33,324 nt of DNA from Octopus sinensis (Eukaryota): contig NW_021832046.1 in the NCBI RefSeq assembly GCF_006345805.1, positions 1 to 33,324 on the forward strand, in the 5' to 3' direction. The translations under genes were made by a program, and so were the position numbers. This document shows positions 31,919 through 33,324 of the stretch, in pieces. The first letter of the stretch is position 1. Each line of letters begins with the position of its first letter. Under the pieces are notes generated by a model. The model saw nothing but the letters and a program-made list of their open reading frames with translations, was not told the origin of the DNA and searched no databases.

Positions 31919-32417
31919 TAATATATATATATTATCCTTCGAAACGTAGAGTAGATGAAACCTTAGCGACTGGAAGAAGGGGTTTTTTCGTGTGTTAACT
32001 TGTCCTTACTCCATTTTTTGTTATTTAAAAAAATGTCCTGTTCCTTTGGTTGTGTCTATGTTTTCGTTTCTCTATGTGTTCGACGTCCCTTTGGTGTCCT
32101 GTACTCATATATGCGTGTATATGTACATGTAGAGGTAGGTACGTACATTATGTTTTTATATAATGCATATGTTTTATTTCTTTTATTAATATATATATAT
32201 GTATGTAGTATGTTTGTATGTCTATGTTTGTCCACCCCAACATCACTTGACAATCGATGGTAGTGAGTTTACGTCCTCGTAACCTAACGGTTCAGCAAAA
32301 AGACCGATAGAATAAGTACTAGGCCTACAAAGAATAAGTCCTGGCGTCGATTTTCTCGACTAAAGGCGGTGCTCCAGCATGGCAACGGACAAATGACTGA
32401 AACAAGTAAAAGAGTAA
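31664..32417 (+). mobile_element. tRNA-derived SINE (head 31664-31824, tail 32218-32417) with a foreign insert (31935-32215) in its internal microsatellite
   Basis: Head, (TA)n and tail architecture mirrors the copy at 32493-32903. Confidence 0.85.
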
Positions 32418-32492
32418 ATTATATTTTTCCTCGCCTTAAAAAATGTGTCAAGTTACCAAAAACAGGAAGGGAGATATTTATAATTTATTTTT

Positions 32493-32903
32493 TTTTACTT
32501 GTTTCAGTCAGTTGTTTGTGGCCAAGCTGGAGCACCGCCTTTAGTCGAGCAAATCGACCCCAGGACTTATTCTTTGTAAGCCTAGTACTTATTCTTTCGC
32601 TCTCTTTTACCGAACTGCTAGCTTACGGGGGCGTAAACACACCAGCATCTGTTGTCAAGCGATGTTCGGGGGACAAACACAGACACACAAACACACACAC
32701 ACACACATACATAGATACATACATACATACATAACATATAGATATACATATATATGACGGGCTTCTTTCAAATGCACTTACAAGTCTTTGGTCGGCCCGA
32801 GGCTATAGTAAAAGACACTTGCCCAAGGTGCCACGCAGTAGGACTGAACCCAGAACCATGTGGTTGGTACGCAAGCTACTTACCACACAGCCACTCCTTC
32901 GCC
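32493..32903 (-). mobile_element. tRNA-derived SINE, head plus microsatellite plus tail
   Basis: Tail 32493-32685, (CA/TA)n, head 32755-32903 with a small internal deletion. Confidence 0.88.
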
Positions 32904-32972
32904 TATTATAGAAAATAATTTATTTACTTCGTTTTAAAAAAAATGATTTATTTTTTGTAAAAATATTATTTA

Positions 32973-33324
32973 TTGGGTTGTCCGGAAAGTTCAGGCCGAT
33001 TTATAGTAGCTTAACTTTCGACTTATTTTAGAACATGGTTGAGTCCATAAAATAGGATTTGACTACACCTCCATTTAGAGCACAGTTTACGCTATCTTTT
33101 CGTGGAAGAAGGTTTATATTCCTATACCTGTGTTAATTCTGTAACCTTTTAAAATGGAAGATAAGAAAGTTCATTTTCGGCACTTGATGCTTTCTTTCTT
33201 CCATTTTAAAGGGTTACAGAATTAACACGGTTATAGGAACAAATAGCTAGTAAGTAAGCTATGGATTGTCCGAAAAGTTCTTTTCTATTTTTAAAGGAAA
33301 GAAAGGGTCAATAAATACTTGCCA
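32973..33324. mobile_element. rearranged mariner: 5' end (+), internal foldback, then a 3' end in reverse orientation running off the window
   Basis: TA plus TIR at 32971; MEDKKVHFRHLML start; 33119-33169 inverted at 33190-33239; degenerate 3' TIR from 33262. Confidence 0.88.

Noticed and set aside
848-32734. Many ORFs rich in poly-I, Y, H, N, T, V or YI repeats
   Set aside because: They are translations of (AAT)n, (GAT)n, (TA)n, (CA)n and (GGT)n microsatellites or antisense frames of TEs, with no independent coding evidence.

Overview
AT-rich animal genomic DNA, dense in microsatellites and transposons. The SINE, RTE, Penelope and Helitron mix resembles what I associate with octopus/coleoid cephalopod genomes; this is an inference, with no database check. 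One host-gene segment is visible: a ~2.5 kb probable terminal exon (12565-15103, +) encoding an unrecognised acidic/Ser-rich protein. It is broken by several 1-nt frameshifts that look like long-read homopolymer errors. The rest is mostly nested mobile DNA: internally deleted mariners, an R4/Dong-like RLE LINE end, two Penelope-like elements (RT + GIY-YIG), a near full-length RTE LINE, a 5'-inverted RTE, a CR1/L2 tail, three non-autonomous Helitrons and tRNA-derived SINEs. The most striking unexplained layer is about a dozen hammerhead-ribozyme-like motifs from roughly five sequence families. Many sit in outward-facing inverted pairs, one family lies in a ~212-bp tandem monomer with a long structured stem II, and several share an unusual U-U closure of stem II. 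Most ORFs in the supplied track are microsatellite translations and are not genes.
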